The position numbers and the translations under genes were made by a program. The notes under the pieces are model-generated. The model did not search any database and had not been told where the DNA came from. It saw only the letters and a program-made list of their open reading frames with translations. Shown here piece by piece: positions 40,401 to 51,960 of a stretch of 64,000 nt of DNA. Source of the stretch: Eledone cirrhosa (taxonomy: Eukaryota); assembly GCA_964016885.1 (NCBI GenBank), contig OZ024740.1:216628001-216692000 (forward strand), read 5' to 3'. Positions within the stretch are counted from its first letter, which is position 1, and each line of letters starts with the position of its first letter.

Positions 40401-40714
40401 CTAATGTAATACACACACACATCTACTGTAATACACACACACATCTAATGTAATACACACACATCTAATGTAATACACACATATCTAATGTAATACACAC
40501 ACATCCAATGTAATACACACACACATCTACTGTAATACACACACACATCTAATGTAATACACACACACACCTAATGTAATACACACACATCTAATGTAAT
40601 ACACACACATCTAATGTAATACACACACACACACATATCTAATGTAATACACACACACACCTAATGTAATACACACACATCTAATGTAATACACACACAT
40701 ATCTAATGTAATAC
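37488..40714. repeat. 3.2-kb satellite of about 18-26-bp units: ATCTAATGTAAT + (AC)n
   Basis: Roughly 155 units; constant 12-bp core with a variable dinucleotide spacer; 42-bp dimer periodicity at the left end. Confidence 0.97.
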
Positions 40715-40808
40715 CTCTCCCTTCCTCCCCACCACCATTATCATTATCATGATGGTGTGGACTGACATGGTGGATACTGCCATCACCACCATTATCACAC
40801 TAAATGGT

Positions 40809-40995
40809 CGGTGAATTGACAGTATCGGTAGAGGGTTGGACGCCATGCTTTCTGGCATAGTTACGTCCCTTTACAGTCTGAGTTCAAATCCCGCCGAGGT
40901 TAACTTTGCCTTTCATCCTTACGGGGTCGATAAAATAAAGTACCAGTAATGCACTGGGTAATTGCCTGCCTTGTGCCTAAAGTAGAAACAATTAT
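40809..40995 (+). mobile_element. Nin-core tRNA SINE, full length
   Basis: Near-identical to 661-848. Confidence 0.88.
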
Positions 40996-41009
40996 CACAT
41001 GCCTCTCTA

Positions 41010-42062
41010 ACCCCACATCTACCACTGCCACCACCTCTATCTCCATCACCACAACCACCTCCACTGCCACATCCACCTCCACCACACCACATCCAACCTC
41101 CTCCACCACCACCACATCCAGCACCACCACTACTACCACACCACCCATTACCACCACATCCGTCACTGCTGCAGCTACCACCGCCACTACTACCACCACT
41201 ACCACCACTACTACCACCACTACCACCACCACTACCACCACTACTACCACCAATAATACTACCCACCACTACTACCATACTACCATCGCCACTGCTACCA
41301 CCACCACCACCACTACCACCACTACTATCACCACTACTACTGCTACCACCACTACTACCACTACTACCACCGCTACCACCTCCACTACCACCACTTACTT
41401 CCACCACCACCATTGATTAACTCTATCACCACCACTTCCACTACTACCACACCACCCATTACCACCACATCCATCACTGCTGCAGCTACCACCGCCACTA
41501 CTACTACCACCACCACTACTACTACCACCACCACCACTACCAATACTACCACCACTACTACCATACTACCACCGCCACTACTACCACCACTATCACCACT
41601 ACCACCACCACCAATACTACCACCACTACAACCACCACCACCAACACTACCACCACTACCACCACCAACACTACTACCACCACTACCACTACCTCCACTA
41701 CCACCACCTCTACTACCGCCACCACCACTACTACCACCACCACCACTACTACTACCACCACCACCACCGCTACTACCACCTCCACCACTACCACCACTAC
41801 CACCACCACTACTACCACCTCTACCACCACCACCACCACTACTACCACCACTATTACCACTACTACTACCACCACCACCACCACCACTACTACCACCTCC
41901 ACTACTACCACCACTACCACCACCTCTACTACCGCCGCTACCACCACCACTACTACCACCACTACCACCTCCACTACCACCACCACTACCACTACCACCT
42001 CCACTACCACCACCACCACTGCCACAACCACCACTATTACCACCTCCACTACCACCATCACC
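41010..42062. repeat. (ACC/ACT)n trinucleotide tract
   Basis: Seen directly; contains an internal duplicate of ACCACACCACCCATTACCACCACATCCRTCACTGCTGCAGCTACCACCGCC. Confidence 0.95.
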
Positions 42063-42367
42063 TCAGTTATCTACAATATGTTGTCATTACTATGTCAAAG
42101 GTCACCTGACACCTAATCAACATCTAACTTTTACAACTTCTCAACTATTCTAACTTTCACCCCCCCCCCTATACGCCACTAATTCTTACTGCTTTCTTTT
42201 CTCTCTTTCTATTTCTCTCTCTTCGCCCACTCTCTCCTTGGCCTTTTATCTCTCTTTATCTCTATCTCGTCTCTCTATGTTTGACTGTTTGTCTCACTTG
42301 ATCTCTCTCTATTTGTTTACCTCTCTCCCTGTTTCTGCCTCTCTGCCTATCTAACTATCTATCTCTC

Positions 42368-44040
42368 GGGATTGCGGAAAGCGGTGTCGGCCTACGCCGA
42401 TGACGTGACAGTAATGGTGTCGACGGCCTCTGAAATCGAGGCGGTCGGCACCTTACTGGAGGAGTACGAAAGGTTCACAGGGGCTAAGCTGAACCGGGAC
42501 AAGTCGATCGGTTTGCAACTCGGCACGTGGAGGGGCAGACCGATGCCCTCCGATGGCGTCGTCGGACGCTGGACGGAGGGCCCGGTGAAGTTGCTCGGGG
42601 TCTGGTTCGGACCGGACCTCCAGGTGGAGAAAAACTGGGCGGAGGTTACGAACAGGGTGTTTGCACTGACCCAAAAGTGGGCCAGTTGCAAACTATCCCT
42701 GAAAGGTTGGGCGGAGGTGGCGAACACCTACATAGCGTCCGTCATCTACTACCGCCTGACCGTAGTGCCCTGCCCAAGGGAAACCCTCACCAAGATGGAG
42801 CGCGCACTCTTCCAATTCCTTTGGAAGAGGCGGGCTCCTATGGTGAGGAGATCCATCTGCTGTCAACACACTTCGAAAGGAGGGCTGGGGATGCCGTGGC
42901 TAATGATGCGTAAACACGCATTAAGGCTACGGAACCTCTACGTATTCCTCACCGGTCAACCGGTGTGGGCCTCGTTTGTGAGACGAACCTTTCCCAGACT
43001 CGTCTCACTCACCGAGCTGCAATCCTGGGTCAAGCAAAGACCGAGAAAACTGGGCGCCTGGCACACTAAGTGTGCCCAGGCGCTCACCGCCCTCTGGCAG
43101 GCGGATCCGGTTATCAGTGGAGACTCCACCGCAACATTCTATAGAGGGCTGGTACGCAGCAGGTGCGACGACGCCCTTGGAGAAGCCCTAGACATGGAGG
43201 AGGACGAACTGGCCAGCCTGTTCGGTAGGACATTCAGCCCGGGACCTATGGACAACTTCCAGAAGTCCCTGGCTTGGCAGTGCTACCGAGGGGCTTTACC
43301 CGTTCGAGAAAGGCTCTACAGACACGGGTGCCCGGGTAGGGACCCCACCAAAAAGATCTGTCCCAGATGCGTGTGCGACGAGGAAACCGTTGCACACGCA
43401 TTGGTACACTGCTCGGGCGTAGCCGATCTGTGGGGCTATGTCGAACAACTGCTGTCAAGGGTGGGACCGATCCGGTTGACCACCGAGTCTATTGTAATGA
43501 TCAAGCCGCCTCCCCCCTTCAAAGATGAAGCAGAGGCGGTGTTTCTGTGCGTAATAGCCATGGCGAAAGAGGTTGTATGGTGGACGCGTCTGAAAGGACT
43601 GAGGTCAGGCACCTTTCTCTCTGGCCAACAACTGGTCCGTTTCTTCCGATATCATTTCGGAAGAAGGATCAGGATGGAGAGAGAGGTGCTCCACCCCAGT
43701 CGTTTTTATGAAAGGTGGGTGAAAGTGGCGAGAATGGCCCGTGTGAATGGGCCTTCTCTTTACATAAGCCTGTAGGTGGAAAAGAGGAAGGAACGAGGGA
43801 GCACCCCCTCTCTGTGCTCCTGAGGAAAAGGGTTGCACACTTTTTTCGGGGGTGTGTGCGACCCCCCAAGGCGCCTCCTCTCTATTGAGGATTTTGTTAT
43901 AAATTTTATTTTTTGTTATATTTTATTTTATTTTTATATTTTGTTATTGCCTCCTCCTTATTGAGGACGCCTTTTTGTGTAAACTCCCCCCCTTTGTACT
44001 TGTCCCACTTTTGATGCCCTGGTGGCAAATAAAAGAAACA
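42368..44040 (+). mobile_element. young 5'-truncated Tx1/L1-clade LINE
   Basis: TSD TATCTATCTCTC at 42356-42367 and 44041-44052; GC/CpG-rich body; 3' UTR ending AATAAAAGAAACA. Confidence 0.93.
42372..43775 (+). CDS. Tx1/L1 ORF2 C-terminal half (RT YADD, thumb, CCHC zf-RVT), truncated but uninterrupted
   Basis: SAYADDVTV, GAKLNRDKS, KLLGVWF, LSLKG, LFQFLW, KGGLGMP, CPRC...ETVAHALVHC; no real start codon. Confidence 0.88.
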   Translation: MRKAVSAYADDVTVMVSTASEIEAVGTLLEEYERFTGAKLNRDKSIGLQLGTWRGRPMPSDGVVGRWTEGPVKLLGVWFGPDLQVEKNWAEVTNRVFALTQKWASCKLSLKGWAEVANTYIASVIYYRLTVVPCPRETLTKMERALFQFLWKRRAPMVRRSICCQHTSKGGLGMPWLMMRKHALRLRNLYVFLTGQPVWASFVRRTFPRLVSLTELQSWVKQRPRKLGAWHTKCAQALTALWQADPVISGDSTATFYRGLVRSRCDDALGEALDMEEDELASLFGRTFSPGPMDNFQKSLAWQCYRGALPVRERLYRHGCPGRDPTKKICPRCVCDEETVAHALVHCSGVADLWGYVEQLLSRVGPIRLTTESIVMIKPPPPFKDEAEAVFLCVIAMAKEVVWWTRLKGLRSGTFLSGQQLVRFFRYHFGRRIRMEREVLHPSRFYERWVKVARMARVNGPSLYISL

Positions 44041-44052
44041 TATCTATCTCTC

Positions 44053-44385
44053 TAGGTTGAGGAAAAAGAGGAAGAGAGGAAAGGGGTACAAACTCTTCGT
44101 ACTAGGTTGAGGAAGAGGAAGAAGAGAGGAAAGGGGTACAAACACTTCGTACTAGGTTGAGGAAGAAGAGAAGACAGGAGTACAAACTCTTTGTACTCCT
44201 GGAGATGAGGGTTGCACATTTTTTCTGGGGGTATGTGTTACCCATATGAAATGTCTCCCTCTATTGGGGAAAATCGATTAATTTTTAAATTGCATTTGTG
44301 ATATTTTACACGTTTTTATTGTATGTAAACTTCCCCCTTTGTATTTGTCCCCTTCTGTTGTGCCTCTCTGGCTAATAAAGAAACA
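44053..44385 (+). mobile_element. older Tx1-related 3' UTR fragment at the same target
   Basis: Similar to 43773-44040 (TAGGT..., AGGGTTGCACA.TTTTT, TGTAAACT.CCCC.TTTGTA.TTGTCCC, AATAAAGAAACA); bounded by TATCTATCTCTC at 44041-44052 and 44386-44397. Confidence 0.85.
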
Positions 44386-45051
44386 TATCTATCTCTCAAG
44401 ATATCTCTCACCTCTGCCTACCTCTCTATCTCTGTCAGTCTGTCTATATCTCTCTCAGACTGTCTCTATCCCTGTCTACGTCTCTGCTGTCTGCCGCTCT
44501 CTCTCGCTCTCTGTCTCTCTCTCTCTTTCTCACCTCTGTCTATCTATCACTGTTTCTCCCTATCTGCCTCTCTCTTTCTCTGCCTACCTCTCACTTTATT
44601 TGCCTGTTCTTCCATCTCTCTATCTGTCTATCTTCCTTTCTCCCTCTGCCATTGCTTTCTTTTCCACACATACAACAACCCTTCCTTGTGTCTATGAAAA
44701 CCACATGTAATACTTGGGCCAACATAAAACTGTGATAGGATTGCCCAAGGTTTATCATACAGTGGGATTATTGAACATGAAACTTAATAGAACACTCCAC
44801 AGAGAGAGAGAGAGAGAGAGAGGGTGGAGAAAGGTAGAGGGGCAGAGGAGGTAATTTATTAATATAGTTGGATAAAGTAGTCAAAGAATAATTTATATTG
44901 TAGATTTGTTTATCTTCTTGGACAAGTAAAAACACTTTATTCTATTATTATTATCTAAACTACTCTGAAATTTTCTATAAAAGGGTCCTCAAAATGAGAC
45001 TATGTGGTCTTTAACTTGCTAGAAATAGCAACCTATTCTCCATCAACCTGT

Positions 45052-45754
45052 GGCAGATAGATAGATGGAAGAACATGCATAGAAAGTGAGAGGTAGGCAG
45101 AGAAAGAGAGAGGTAGATAGAGAGAAACAGTGATAGATAGACAGAGGTGAGAGAGAGAGACAGAGAGATAGATAGACAGACAGAGAGCGACAGAGAACGG
45201 CAGACAGCAAGATAGAGAGGTAGACAGAGAACGGCAGACAGCAAGATAGAGAGGTAGACAGCAAGATAGAGACAGGTTGACAGAGAGAGAGAGAGAGGGA
45301 GAGAGATAGACAGACTGAGAGAGATAGAGAGGTGAGAGATATCTTGAGAGATAGATATGTTTCTTTATTAGCCAGGCACAAAAGAAGGGGACAAATACAA
45401 AGGGGGAAGTTTACATACAATAAAAACGTGTAAAATATCACAAATGCAATTTAAAAATTAATCGATTTTCCCCAATAGGGGGAGACATTTCATATGGGTA
45501 ACACATACCCCCAGAAAAAATGTGCAACCCTCATCTCCAGGAGTACGAAGAGTTTGTACCCCTTTCCTCTCTCCTTCCTCTTCCTTAACCTAGTACGAAG
45601 AGTTTGTACCCCTTTCCTCTCTTCCTCTTTTTCCTCAACCTAGAGAGATAGATAGTTAGATAGGCAGAGAGGCAGAAACAATCAGAGAGGTAAACAAATA
45701 GAGAGAGATCAAGTGAGACAAACAGTCAAACATAGAGAGAGGAGATAGAGATAA
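45052..45754 (-). repeat. inverted duplicate of 42256-42367 joined to 44053-44627 (lacks the young LINE)
   Basis: Reverse complement reads ...CTCTGCCTATCTAACTATCTATCTCTC-TAGGTTGAGG..., i.e. the pre-insertion junction. Confidence 0.92.
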
Positions 45755-47099
45755 TTAATAATTGTTTATACTTTTAGGCACAAGGCCAGCAATTATCCAG
45801 TGCATTAGTGGTACTTTATTAATAATGGTGTCATTTGATAGTGTCATTAGAATAGAGTGTAGCAAAAAAACACAATAACAATGAGAAGATACTTGGAACA
45901 CCTTTCATAATAGTTTTTCTCCAATGATGTGATGACTGACCTGTGGTTAAACAACAATTCATGAATGTCAACTATGGATAATGTTGCTCTTCCAACGTGA
46001 CTCCTTCACCATCCTCTGGGGAAACACCTCTATTCTCTCTGCTAGGGCCATGGGGTGGCCAGTACGTGGGTCCCCATTTGCTTATAATAGTGAGAGATGG
46101 GGAGAGTGAGAGAGACAGAGGCAGTGACTATACCAGCATTGCTGAAGTATTTTGTAGATTTAAAGGTTAAGTAATTTTATTAAATACCTTCTTCAACTGT
46201 TAGTCTTATGGTATCTTACTCAGTATAAATGAAATCTCTATATGAACTTGATACTGTCTTGATATTTGAACAAAATACACCAGAGTTTTTTTATTCAATG
46301 CTCTACTGATTGTACAATACTGTACATACTATTGTACATACTGTATATACTTAAATAGAAGCTGAGGAATATGTAACCAAAATATCAATAGTAGAGGGGG
46401 TGGTCAGCAAAAAATATATATTATAGAAACACAGTGATAATCACTAAAGATGTCAAAGGAAAATGTGTGACAAAGGAACTTTCAGAAATTATATTTATAT
46501 TTTTAACTGTTGGTCAATCAATGATAAACATTGATTGCCAGCTAAATTATTTATGGAAATATAAAAAATATATACTGAAACTGAAGTGAAATCTAAACCA
46601 AACAGTGAGTGTGTTTTACTATTTTTGGCAATACTAGGACAACATGACCCTCCCCAAATATAACAATATCTAAAATTTGGAGAGATTTTGTAATATAACT
46701 TTCTCATTAAGATGATATTTGGAACATAACTTAATAAATGTTCTTACATAAAATTATGGATATTTTTTATTAGATAAATATAACCACTTTATATTAAAAC
46801 AACCTAGTATTGCAAAAATAGGGAGCGTTTCAAGTGGTTTGATATCAGAAAGTGTAAATAAATCTTAACTATAATAAAGAAAGGAGTGTGGGACTGCGTC
46901 CAGAATATATATTTTTTTATCCCGTTTATAAAATAAGTTGGATTACTTTGAATAAATAATGAATGAATATTACATAATTTATGTACTAAATTTCATAACT
47001 CATGATTAAATATGAATAATTTTATTGCTTATTTAAAGATTCACTTCTTTAAAATTTTCAAATCTCAACACTTCCAGTCAGCGTCAATTATATTACTAG

Positions 47100-47223
47100 A
47101 CCTTTACAGTTCAAATCCCGTCGAGGTTAACTTTGCCTTTCATCCTTACGTGGTCGATAAAATAAAAGTACCAGTAATGTACTGGGTAATTGCTGGCCTT
47201 GTGCCAAAAAGTAGAAACAATTA
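47100..47223 (+). mobile_element. Nin-core SINE, 5'-truncated
   Basis: GTTCAAATCCCG...GCCTTTCATCCTTACG.GGTCGATAAAATAAA...GGCCTTGTGCC. Confidence 0.85.
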
Positions 47224-47227
47224 TATT

Positions 47228-47674
47228 ACTAGACCAGAAAAAATGTGCAAGCTCAAAAGAGCCACAGAATGTTATAATAAACCTTCAAAAGTGTGGGACT
47301 AGAGTTGTTACTCAAAAATATTGTAATCATTATCTATTGTACACTCTGTGGCATCCTTTTATAAAAAAGAGACTCATAACGAACTCAAGACGACATGATA
47401 ATTATTTAAGCTAATGTTCAATATCTCATATTAGATGCTTAGTAATGATTAATACGAAATGCACTTAAACCAAATTCTATATTATAAATTCACTTAAATA
47501 ATTATTGTGTCATCTTGAGTTCGTTATGAGTCTCTTTTTTATAAAAGGATGCCACAGAGTGTAAGATAGATAATGATTACAATATTTTTGAGCAACAACT
47601 CTAGTCCCACACTTTTGAAGGTTCATTATAACATTCTGTGGTTCTTTTGAGCTTGTGCATTTTTCAGGTCTAGT
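47228..47674. mobile_element. fold-back/MITE-like element with about 183-bp inverted arms
   Basis: Arms 47228-47410 and 47493-47674, 82-bp spacer; termini ACTAGACC / GGTCTAGT. Confidence 0.8.
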
Positions 47675-48829
47675 TTAATATTTTTTTAAGGTAATGCTTG
47701 TAATAACTCTAGTTAAACATGATATATATTAATAATAAATTATCGTTGTAATGTAATTAGATTATATAATTGTTATTTTATAAATGATCTTATAAATATT
47801 ATTGTAAAATGTATAAAAATATTTTCAGACTTTTAATATAAACAACTACAAAAAACAATCAATATTAAATAAATATAATTTACATAATAATTGTTATAGT
47901 TGAATTAATAAAAATTAAATATTACATACAAATAGTCTAACATAATAATAAAAAAAAATCTAATATAATAATAATAAAATAATCTAACATAAAACGAACA
48001 ATAAAATGGACAAGTAAATATGATACAACCAATATTATAAGCATGTTATAACGAACTGGAAAAAAAGTAGTTAATATAAATTTAAAAAATCATATATAAA
48101 TTAACAATATAACTTAACAAAACGAGTAAAATATTTTGATGATAAACGACGAAATACAGGAGGAAGATTCGAAAGAGAAACGATAAATAAACGTGCAAAC
48201 AAAGTGGCAGATGCTTTTGAGCCATAATTACTCTCATTGGTTGATTAGCCACTAAGACGATGAAATTAGCCAATAAGATGATACATTACAAAAGATGTTT
48301 GGCAGGGATCACCACGGCCAGCGAAACCCCTTGAATTTTTTATTCACAAGCTACACATATATGTCAGACATGCAGACTTAAAACATTCTGTTATTAGTCA
48401 CTGTGTGTCTAACAGATAACACTTATAAAAACATTGCATGTATTTCTGTCACTAATTTTCTCCTAATGCAGTTTATATATAATATCGTCTTTTTTTTAAT
48501 GTATCATGGATTGCTTTTCTGTGGATATTGTCAATTATAATTTTAATTTCACATATCATATCTACATGCATATATATGTGCATATAATATCAATATGCAC
48601 ACTACACATGCTAGCAGAAAACCATCTGAAGGGTTGTTTTTCTGCTATTAATTATAAGTCTTGATTCCAATGTTTATTTCAAGAAAACAAATGTAAAATT
48701 TCTCAGAAGTATTTTAACTTTATTACTGTTGATAGTTTTTAGTCATTAGTTTATAACAACTTTGACACCATTGTTTGGTTTGTTTTTATGTGTTGTTTTT
48801 TAAAATAAATAATTTAATATTTAGTGAAA

Positions 48830-49060
48830 TCATAGAAAAAGAAAGTAACATTGTAAAAGTCTATAAATGAAAGGGCAAGGAAAGTAAGAAAGGGGGGAAG
48901 GGGAGAGGGTGAAAGACTTTACACATAAGTCAGAGCAGTGTTTTGGCTGTGTCCTGTGGACAAAATGGCAAAAGGATTTCCCCAGACAATGGCCAGTGAC
49001 ACCCACTGCAACAGTCACTTCACCTCACAGAGCTCCTTCCTCAGATGGGCTGCTGTCATT
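48830..49060 (-). mobile_element. second RLE-LINE 3' fragment
   Basis: Reverse complement aligns to 36600-36820 (GTGTCACTGG.CATTGTC...TTTGCCATTTTGTCCA...AAACAC.GCTCTGAC). Confidence 0.7.
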
Positions 49061-49639
49061 TTGATGTTAATGGTTCTATTGGGGTTGCTCTTCAATATTG
49101 TAAATAGTAATTGTAATTATATTTTATTTTAAATTATTAGTTTATAAAAATATTAAGTTATCTTCATTCTATTTGAATATTTTCGCAAATGGATATTATT
49201 TTTACATTTTGGATAGTCAAGAAGAAATATATACATCCGTCTCCTTTGTCCTCCCAGAATGTCATTTTGATCACTTCCCTTTCACCAGCCCCACTTCTTA
49301 CTTCTGGTCAACTGTTCTGCAGTGAGCATCTACTGTATTTCATTCCTCATTCTATTCTTATTGTCTGGTCCTAACAGGCCTAAATATTCTTTAGAATTTT
49401 TCTCTCAGCACAAATGTAGCAGTTTTATTTACATTTGAAAGAATCCAGTAGTTTTTCCAGTAATCTTCTATTTGTTATAATTTCACTTGGTACCTCCTTT
49501 TTCTTGATACTGTGTCATTTTGTTGAAAGATGCTCATCTTTTGTATATCTGAGGAGGTGAACAATTTTGTGATGTCTCTGTGTGTCTGTGTTTTATGTGC
49601 TTCTGTCTACATCATGCTAACGTTGAAGAGAACAGCTTT

Positions 49640-50290
49640 TTTTTTCCAAATAGCAGAGAAGAAGGACTTTGTATGCAGCAATTGTGCAGGAGTAGTTAGC
49701 AGTATAACTACCAAAGTTAATACTTTTTTTTTTTCAAATGCTTAGAGGGTTTCCTAGAATTAGCTGATAGCTACTTTTACCCAGGTGACCTAATTTGCAG
49801 TGGAGGAGGATGTTCTGAAAGCATAAATAATCAGAGTTAGAAGAGGGTAGAAAAAAGTTTAGAGAATTATTAACTCCATTGTCAACAAAGGATTTATTTC
49901 TTAGAGTGAAGACAGCTTGTTTTATGCTCATGTACGAAATGCAGTATTGCATGGTAGGATGTGTGAAGGTGAGAAAGAAATGAGGCAAGTATGCTCTGCT
50001 GGATATGGAATATTAGAGGGAAATGGACAACATTTGAAATGAGAGAAAAACTATATATAAGAAGAAATGATATAATTTACAGGAGAGGGGATGCTCAAGT
50101 ATATAGATAGGTGATATATATGAAGTTCTATAGAAGAGGCAAGAGATCCAAGTAGAAGATACTTTCAGAAAGAAAGACCAAGGAAGACATGGGAAGAAGT
50201 GATGAAGGCTGTTCCTCATGATACTAAACCTCACAAAAGAGATGGGCAGAAGACTGCAACAAATGGTTAGACACTGAGCTGTATTGAAAA
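49640..50290 (+). mobile_element. old decayed RTE 3' portion
   Basis: CCAGGTGACC...GGAGGAGGATGTTCTGAAAG, AAAAAGTTTAGAGAATTATTA, AGACCAAGGAAGACATGGG align with 23330-23800; many disablements. Confidence 0.75.
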
Positions 50291-50304
50291 ATGGCTGTTA
50301 ATTA

Positions 50305-50402
50305 ATAATTGTTTCTACTTTTGGCACAAGGCCAGCAATTACCCAGTGTATTACTGGTACTTTATTTTATCGACCCCGTAAGGATGAAAGGCAAAGTCAA
50401 CC
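50305..50402 (-). mobile_element. Nin-core SINE 3' half
   Basis: Matches 4810-4910; flanked by a direct repeat ATGGCTGTTAATTAATAAT (about 50291 and 50404), a probable TSD. Confidence 0.85.
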
Positions 50403-50723
50403 TATGGCTGTTAATTAATAATGATAATTTCAATGTCGTATTAGTATAAATGAGAGGAGGAGATGGAGAAAAGAAGGAAGATAGTTTCATTATTAATTCA
50501 GTATGATGTTTGTTTATTTAATGGAAAGGTAGAAGCAAAGATTTCATCAATTTGAATAATCAAAGTGAAATAGGTGGTCATATACACCTGTCCAACAAAT
50601 TCTTGTATGGGAAATGGATGTAATGACCAAACGTGATACAATATGATAGTGAATTATGTCTATAAAGTATAGAATAATGACACTGCCTGACCATAGATTT
50701 AAAACCTGCTGTAGACATGACAT

Positions 50724-50785
<62 letters not shown>

Positions 50786-51364
50786 CCTCTCCCTCTCTCC
50801 CTCTCGCTATCTCTCTCTGTCTCTCTTCCTCTCGCTATCTCTCTCTGTCTATCGACCCTCTATCTAGCCCCCTCTCTCTATCTGTCTACATCCCCTGTAT
50901 CTACCCGCCACCCACCCACCCCTCCTCCTCTCTCACACACGCACACAGTTTCTCTCTCTGTCTACCTCACCTCCTCCCTCTCTTTCACTAACATCTAGAT
51001 ATTTCACATTCTCAACTGCGTGGTTGGTCTCACGATTAGGTATCCATTTCTTAAACACCTGCTCCTGCAATTCATACAAATGTTCACATTTGTAAAAAAT
51101 TGTCTAACACACAATGCACACACACACACACACAATGCACACACACACAATGCACACATACAACACACGCACTACACACATATACCTTACCACACACACA
51201 CCTTACCACACACACACACACACACCTTACCACACTGCCCACACACACACAAATTACTACACTGCACATTCATACCTCACAAGCATATACACACCAAAAT
51301 ATACCATCTCATACCACAGCACAACCCACCACACATGGACACACACACACACACATACACACAC

Positions 51365-51401
<37 letters not shown>

Positions 51402-51744
51402 TTTACCACACAGAACACACACACATACACACATAATTACTCTCACACACACACTTGTATGATCATGTGTGATCATAACACACTCTGCCAATGTTATAGT
51501 GAACCAGGAGATTGCTATCATGTTGTCCTCTACTGGCAGGTAAGAGAAACTTTAATAAGAAGGGACATAACTAGATAACAATGGTTCAGACAACCTTTTT
51601 TTATAATCTTTTTTAATTAAATACTCTATCAATGTCTTTTAATTTATTTTGAAAATAAAAAATTGGGAGAAATTTACTAAAATCATTTTTTTCATTATTA
51701 TCTGAAGAAATTTACTAAAATAATGTTTTCATTATTATCTAAAC

Positions 51745-51960
51745 AGATTGACAGTAACCAGTAGAGCTTCCGAAATATGCTACAGGGAATATAATTACGT
51801 CCTTTTATGTTCTGAGTTCAAATCCCACTGAAGTTTACTTTGCCTTCATCCTTACAGGGTCGATAAAATAAAGTACTAGTAACATACTGGGGGTCAATTT
51901 AATCAACTTTCTCTTTCTCTTCAAATTGTTGGCCTTGTGCCTGAATCAGAAACCATTATT
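51745..51960 (+). mobile_element. Nin-core SINE, diverged
   Basis: CTGAGTTCAAATCCC...GCCTTCATCCTTACAGGGTCGATAAAATAAAGTAC...GGCCTTGTGCC...GAAACCATTATT. Confidence 0.8.

Noticed and set aside
37488-40714. CRISPR-like look (constant repeat plus variable spacer)
   Set aside because: Spacers are only (AC)n variants of 6-14 bp; eukaryotic context; no cas genes.
40900-42153. Pro-rich, Thr-rich and Gly-rich ORFs resembling extensin, formin or mucin
   Set aside because: All come from one (ACC/ACT)n tract that is open in many frames; no splice signals or unique domain.
51470-51546. Strong donor CAG|GTAAGA near 51540 as a coding exon end
   Set aside because: No convincing acceptor or recognisable peptide; cannot be supported without transcripts.
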